A program made the translations under genes and the position numbers. DNA of 21,939 nucleotides from Candidatus Jordarchaeia archaeon (lineage in GTDB: Archaea; Asgardarchaeota; Jordiarchaeia; Jordiarchaeales; Jordiarchaeaceae): the NCBI GenBank assembly GCA_029856435.1, contig JAHQXB010000116.1, positions 1 through 21,939 on the forward strand, written 5' to 3'. The notes beneath the pieces are model-generated. The model had not been told where the DNA came from, searched no databases, and saw only the letters and a program-made list of their open reading frames with translations. Every line of letters begins with the position of its first letter. The first letter of the stretch is position 1. Positions 17,676 to 21,939 of the stretch are shown here, piece after piece.

Positions 17676-18410
17676 ATGAGTAAAGTTGAGGTAAGGCGTT
17701 GTGAGAGTTGTGGAACCACATTTCTATCGGTGCGCGAAAACTGTCCAAACTGTGGAAAACTTACACACCAATCAAAAACGAAACTCAAAACAAGTCCAAA
17801 ACTCTCCCAGAATAGTACAACACTAATCATCCCTTTAGCCAGAACCTCTAAAGAATCCAAAGAAGAACTAGAATTTATTCCCAGCAAGCTAATAAATCAA
17901 CCAATTCTGGAAAAAACTCCCGAGTTCTCAGATTTTCTTGGATCTGGCTTTTCAATAAACGCAATAGCCTCAGAAAAAAAGATACACTACGAAATAGAAA
18001 ACGTTGGAAAAGAGTTTCAAGGATTCGCAGAATGCGAAAACACCAAATCAGGCCTAATAATGATTTTTAAAGACGCCAAAGGAATAATTACCGTCACAAT
18101 CGAAGGAAACCCTCAATACACACACTATGTTCTAAAAGACCGATACAACAAAACAATAGGCACTATGCAGCAGCAAGGTATCCTAAAACCGAGTTACACC
18201 ATAGAAGACCTCAAAAACAATATGAAACTCTCAATAAGAGGAGACCCAACAAAAAAAGAATACTCAATAGTAAAAAATGGGCAAAGCTACGCAACTATAC
18301 TGAAAACCTCACCTGAAACATACAAAATAGAAATAAAAAACAAAATTGACAAAAGAATACCAATACTCTTCTCAATAATAATAGACGCCATACAAAGAAG
18401 AAAAAAATAA
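17676..18410 (+). CDS. Zn-ribbon protein with C-terminal LURP-one/scramblase/Tubby-like domain
   Basis: N-terminal CESC-x10-CPNC. C-terminal IGTMQQQGILKPSYTI...SIRGD...EYSI..NG..YATI.K....TYKIEI....D....ILFSIIID resembles LURP-one-related proteins. Confidence 0.6.
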   Translation: MSKVEVRRCESCGTTFLSVRENCPNCGKLTHQSKTKLKTSPKLSQNSTTLIIPLARTSKESKEELEFIPSKLINQPILEKTPEFSDFLGSGFSINAIASEKKIHYEIENVGKEFQGFAECENTKSGLIMIFKDAKGIITVTIEGNPQYTHYVLKDRYNKTIGTMQQQGILKPSYTIEDLKNNMKLSIRGDPTKKEYSIVKNGQSYATILKTSPETYKIEIKNKIDKRIPILFSIIIDAIQRRKK

Positions 18411-18623
18411 TACACGAGGCCACACAAACAATCAAAAAACAGTATGAACCCTAAAAAACCCAAAAACAATGATTATTTCCGCTGGTCAAAGTATTTCCGA
18501 AGTCTTAAAAAAGTAAGAGTCTCGTTTTGTATTTCATTCATATTATCCTCATCTTATTAACTTTCTAATATTCTATTATTCAAAAGTACTGCGAATAGTT
18601 CAGCTTCAAGAGAGGGTGCTCAA

Positions 18624-18863
18624 ATGTTTAAAAACGTACTTAGGAGAAATGGGTTTTGGTGTAAAAGGTCAAGCGGAGGAGACACATTCCTGAAACACGA
18701 TTCAACGCTAGGCGGAATATACGTCACGGTGCAAAAAAAATCTGCAATTCTGAGAATTGTAGACAGAGACAGCATACACATATTCAAGAGCGCAAAGCAG
18801 CTTGAAGCCTATCTCAAAGAATTAGAAGAAAGAGAGCCAGGCTCAATAATATACCAAAAGTAA
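18624..18863 (+). CDS. Small hypothetical protein, possible HicA-like fold
   Basis: 79 aa with SD GAGGGTG. VLRRNGFWCKRSSGGDTFLKH...VTV echoes the HicA pattern but lacks the GSH histidine. Confidence 0.6.
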   Translation: MFKNVLRRNGFWCKRSSGGDTFLKHDSTLGGIYVTVQKKSAILRIVDRDSIHIFKSAKQLEAYLKELEEREPGSIIYQK

Positions 18864-19352
18864 ACTATCCCCAAACACCACAGAAAACTTATTCGCCACT
18901 TTTATTTTATCACCCAATGTAATCCGAAAATCCTAACTACCATCGCTCACAAACCAAAATCTAAAACACCCCCAAAAGTATAAACCTTTTAAACCCCCCT
19001 TATCTCGACAACCAGTGTAGATAAGTTCCCGTTTCTAGGCTGTCAGAATAGTGGAATTTCCTTCCCAAACAAAATGAAAAACTTATTGGTATCAAAACTG
19101 GCACCGTTTCCTCAGCGTCTCCTGTTGCGAGGTAGTGCTGTTTTGTAACTTTTCCCACCTTCTACGCCTTAAATGAGTATTTTCTTCTTCCTTAAACGCC
19201 GAATTTAGGCTTAAACCAAGACATTCCCTACACACCACGAACCTGCCCACAACAAGTGACACCAGGTTAACAGTGCCTCAAAACTCACCAAATTTCTTAA
19301 ATTCTCCTCCAGCAATAAATCATATTGTTAATATTTTTAAAGGTGAAATTTT

Positions 19353-20390
19353 TTGGGTAATTATGAACCCTATGTTGACAGACTTTTCGACCTTTTGCTG
19401 CAAGTATTCGAAATAGGAGAGCTGGGGTTAAGTATCATTGAAGACTCCCTCTGGTTCATAGAAAAAATAATTGAGAAAACCCCTAGACAAGAGGAAAGGG
19501 ATGCGTTTTCCCTAATACGGCAGGCTGTTAACTCTTGGATGCATCATCTAAGAATGCGTAGAGCTTTTGGGGAAACCGCCGTTTTTCCACCTCAAGAAAT
19601 CATCTACTGGAAAAAGGCAGCTCAAATCTTCAGTGATCTGAAAAAAGATAAACTCTCTGAAATAACCCAAGTATTGGGCAAACTCCGAGAAGCCGAGGAT
19701 AATATACTGGTAGGTGATTTTGATAGAGCAATATTTGCATACCGTGAAGCTGAAGAAACACTGGAAAAACTAGGAAAAAAGGCGGCGCTCACCGCTAAAA
19801 GGAAAAGACTAAACATACAGGCAGAAATTTTCTACTCAAAACAAGAATTCCAAAAAGCATCAGAAATCCTATTCCAAATAGCCGAAATCCTTGGAAAAAC
19901 TGGATTTCAAAACAAAGAGGCCACATTAATAAGAGCACATGAATTATTAGTGCTCCACGAAGGAAATAGAGGAAACTGGGAGAAAGTATCCGAACACCAG
20001 ATGGAAATAGCCCAACTCCTAAGACTCATAGGCCAAGAAGAGAAAGCCCTCATCGCAGAATACTACGCATACACGGCATCCGCAAGGAGCGCCGAAGAAC
20101 AGGAAAAATGGGAACTCGCAGCAAAAAAACATCTTAAAACCTCAGAAATACTAAACTGCATAGGAAACCCAGTCAGCGCCCTATACGCAAAACTAAACTA
20201 CCACATCTGCAAGGAAAAAGCAGAAAACAAATCTCCAAAATGGCTAAATGACGCAGAACAACTCACCAAAAAAGCACGCACAAAGAGCGCCAAAGACACC
20301 AAAGAACTGGAAAAAGAAGTAAAAGAAATACTCGCCCTCATAGAACAAGAAAAACAAATCAGAAACTGCTCAAAAATGGGCACAAATTAA
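19353..20390 (+). CDS. All-helical TPR-like repeat protein
   Basis: TTG start after AGGTGA. Recurring units GDFDRAIFAYREAEETLEKLG, QEFQKASEILFQIAEILGKTG, GNWEKVSEHQMEIAQLLRLIG and EKWELAAKKHLKTSEILNCIG. Confidence 0.75.
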   Translation: MGNYEPYVDRLFDLLLQVFEIGELGLSIIEDSLWFIEKIIEKTPRQEERDAFSLIRQAVNSWMHHLRMRRAFGETAVFPPQEIIYWKKAAQIFSDLKKDKLSEITQVLGKLREAEDNILVGDFDRAIFAYREAEETLEKLGKKAALTAKRKRLNIQAEIFYSKQEFQKASEILFQIAEILGKTGFQNKEATLIRAHELLVLHEGNRGNWEKVSEHQMEIAQLLRLIGQEEKALIAEYYAYTASARSAEEQEKWELAAKKHLKTSEILNCIGNPVSALYAKLNYHICKEKAENKSPKWLNDAEQLTKKARTKSAKDTKELEKEVKEILALIEQEKQIRNCSKMGTN

Positions 20391-20576
20391 TAAAACTATG
20401 AATAATCCAAATTCAACCAATTTTCACAAAATCCAGCCGCACCAACCACCAATCTATAAGGTTTCCACCAAAAAAGGAACTCATAGAAGCCCAATGCCAT
20501 CCAGAAAAGGTAGGTATAATCCAAATATTTAATCATACCAAAATATATTTCAATACATCTTGTTAGTATAATTTTT

Positions 20577-20664
20577 TGAGGGTATACCCATTATGATAGT
20601 GCACAGCGAGTATAAGGCTAGCGATGACCTCGTGTTTCTGTAATGGGTAACACCTATACCCTCA
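20577..20664. other. 88-nt intergenic inverted-repeat element (17-bp arms, 7-nt insertion in the right arm); possible structured RNA or mobile-element remnant
   Basis: Left arm TGAGGGTATACCCATTA (20577-20593); right arm TAATGGG-taacacc-TATACCCTCA (20641-20664). The 47-nt interior has further pairing (CGAG/CTCG). Confidence 0.5.
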
Positions 20665-20860
20665 TTCCTCTATATCCAAAACCAGAAATCATAACCTAAA
20701 AAGTATAAAACGAATTTCTAATCCTAAAAAATTGAATAATTTTGCAGACATCGACACAAATATATTATGTTACTCCCTTAAGAATAACACACTAACAGGA
20801 AAACACAACAATCTCAACTAGTTTTTAATGTATACACTAACACTGAAGGGAAGCAACACT

Positions 20861-21939
20861 ATGAAAAAGTCCAGAGAGGCAACAAAAAAGCTCACTCTGC
20901 TAGTATTGATAACTCTAATCTTCACGACCACAGTGACCCTCACATTAAACCAACCGCCTCTAACTCAAAACACACTAGCAACGCCTACACCACAAGACAA
21001 CACAACCACCCAAAACCCAAAAATAGGAACATCTCTCCAACAACTACTACAAACCTCAGACCCCATATCACAATGCGAGATGATAATATTCTTCGAAGGA
21101 GCAATCAACCACACCCAAGGAATAAACCTACTCAAAAGCTTAGGAGACTTCGAAATCATATCCAACTACACCATACTCAACGGTGTCTGCATAAAGGCAC
21201 CAATAAAAATGGCTGAAACCATAGCCCAACAAAACTACATACAATCCATATCCCTCAATGGAAAAATAAAACTAGCCGACCACCACATAACCACAAACGA
21301 AGTCCACACAAAAGACATCAACGTGAACAATGCCATAGGAGCCACCACACTCCAAAACTCACCATATAACCTGAGTGGAACAGGAGTCGTCATCGCAGTC
21401 CTAGACACTGGAATCAACCCCCACATCTACCTAGACGGAAGCCGAATAATTTATAATGAAAGCTTTGTGCCCGGGGAAGACTACACAGACCTGAATGGTC
21501 ATGGAACAGCCGTAGCCGGAATAATCGGGGCATCAGATGGTCCTGCTAAGGGCGTTGCACCAAATGTCACCTTCCTAAACTTAAAGGTATTAAACCAAAA
21601 CGGAGAAGGAGAAGAAAATTGGCTAATAAACGCGGTAAATGCAGCATTGAGTACAGGTAATGTAACACACCCTCACCCTAAGGCGGACATTATCTCTTTG
21701 TCTTTAGGTAACACGGAAGGTAGTTCCAATGATGCTATGTGCCAGGCCGTCAATAAGGCTTGGGAAAATGGTGTTGTTGTTGTTGCGGCAGCTGGAAATG
21801 AGGGTGGAAATTTTTGGAATACATACTATAAAACCATAAATTCTCCGGGGCTGGCAGCCGAAATTATAACTGTCGGCTCAGCAGGAGGATTTGGCTATAC
21901 CTCTATATCCTCTTTTTCAAGTAGGGGACCAACAGATGA
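20861..21939 (+). CDS. Secreted subtilisin-like serine peptidase (S8), 3'-truncated by the window end
   Basis: Not in the ORF track (no stop); open to the end when translated by hand. Signal/anchor MKKSREATKKLTLLVLITLIFTTT, then a propeptide, catalytic Asp IAVLDTG, His HGTAVAG, oxyanion AAGN and FSSRGPT. The catalytic Ser lies beyond the window. Alternative in-frame ATG at 20828. Confidence 0.93.
   Translation, partial: MKKSREATKKLTLLVLITLIFTTTVTLTLNQPPLTQNTLATPTPQDNTTTQNPKIGTSLQQLLQTSDPISQCEMIIFFEGAINHTQGINLLKSLGDFEIISNYTILNGVCIKAPIKMAETIAQQNYIQSISLNGKIKLADHHITTNEVHTKDINVNNAIGATTLQNSPYNLSGTGVVIAVLDTGINPHIYLDGSRIIYNESFVPGEDYTDLNGHGTAVAGIIGASDGPAKGVAPNVTFLNLKVLNQNGEGEENWLINAVNAALSTGNVTHPHPKADIISLSLGNTEGSSNDAMCQAVNKAWENGVVVVAAAGNEGGNFWNTYYKTINSPGLAAEIITVGSAGGFGYTSISSFSSRGPTD

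Noticed and set aside
11810-18469. ORFs 11810-12019, 14308-14511, 14374-14670, 17642-17887 and 18287-18469
   Set aside because: Off-frame or antisense overlaps of the longin, permease and Zn-ribbon genes.
18980-19320. Minus-strand fragments (e.g. MSWFKPKFGV*GRRKYSFKA*KVGKVTKQHYLATGDAEETVPVLIPI...) as a possible pseudogene
   Set aside because: All three frames were read by hand. Several stops occur and no family is recognisable, so it cannot be told apart from noise without a search.
20577-20664. Interpreting the hairpin as a C/D-box sRNA, SECIS element, hammerhead or HDV-like ribozyme
   Set aside because: Box-like words are degenerate (ATGATAG, CTGT rather than RTGATGA/CTGA). No helix forms between ATGA and a partner GA as SECIS requires. 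There is no CTGANGA core, and the stems are nested rather than pseudoknotted.
19622-21426. Minus-strand ORFs 19622-19816, 20198-20383, 20965-21165 and 21235-21426
   Set aside because: Antisense to the TPR and subtilase genes; the strand skew makes stop codons scarce on the minus strand.
1-21939. CRISPR array, tRNA, rRNA, transposase or integrase
   Set aside because: By eye I found no regularly spaced direct repeats, cloverleaf with T-loop motif, rRNA-like segment or recombinase motif. tRNAscan-SE and Infernal runs would be needed to exclude them formally.

Overview
Archaeal chromosomal window, most likely from an Asgard archaeon: it carries a tandem Roadblock/LC7 gene, a stand-alone longin gene, and (A/G)GGTG(A) Shine-Dalgarno motifs before many TTG/GTG starts. 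The lineage is inferred, not proven. In order: (1) a complete carrier-protein amino-acid operon lysW-X-Y-Z-J-K (369-5564). Its lysW is missing from the ORF track and ends in EDWGQ rather than the canonical EDWGE. (2) A hendecad coiled-coil/Zn-ribbon hypothetical protein. (3) A minus-strand trio of exosite-less RNase Z-like hydrolase, Lrp regulator and ribose-1,5-bisphosphate isomerase, with two operator-like palindromes. (4) A Roadblock plus ATP-grasp gene pair converging on a longin gene. (5) A decayed Cys-Cys (HesB/CC-motif-like) pseudogene absent from the ORF track. (6) purM, an NCS2-like permease and a HAD hydrolase. (7) An A/C-skewed accessory tail with a Zn-ribbon/LURP-one-like protein, a small HicA-like protein, a TPR-like protein, an unexplained 88-nt inverted-repeat element, and a secreted subtilase that runs off the window end. 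I saw no rRNA, tRNA, CRISPR array or transposase. All family calls come from motif recognition by eye; no searches were run.
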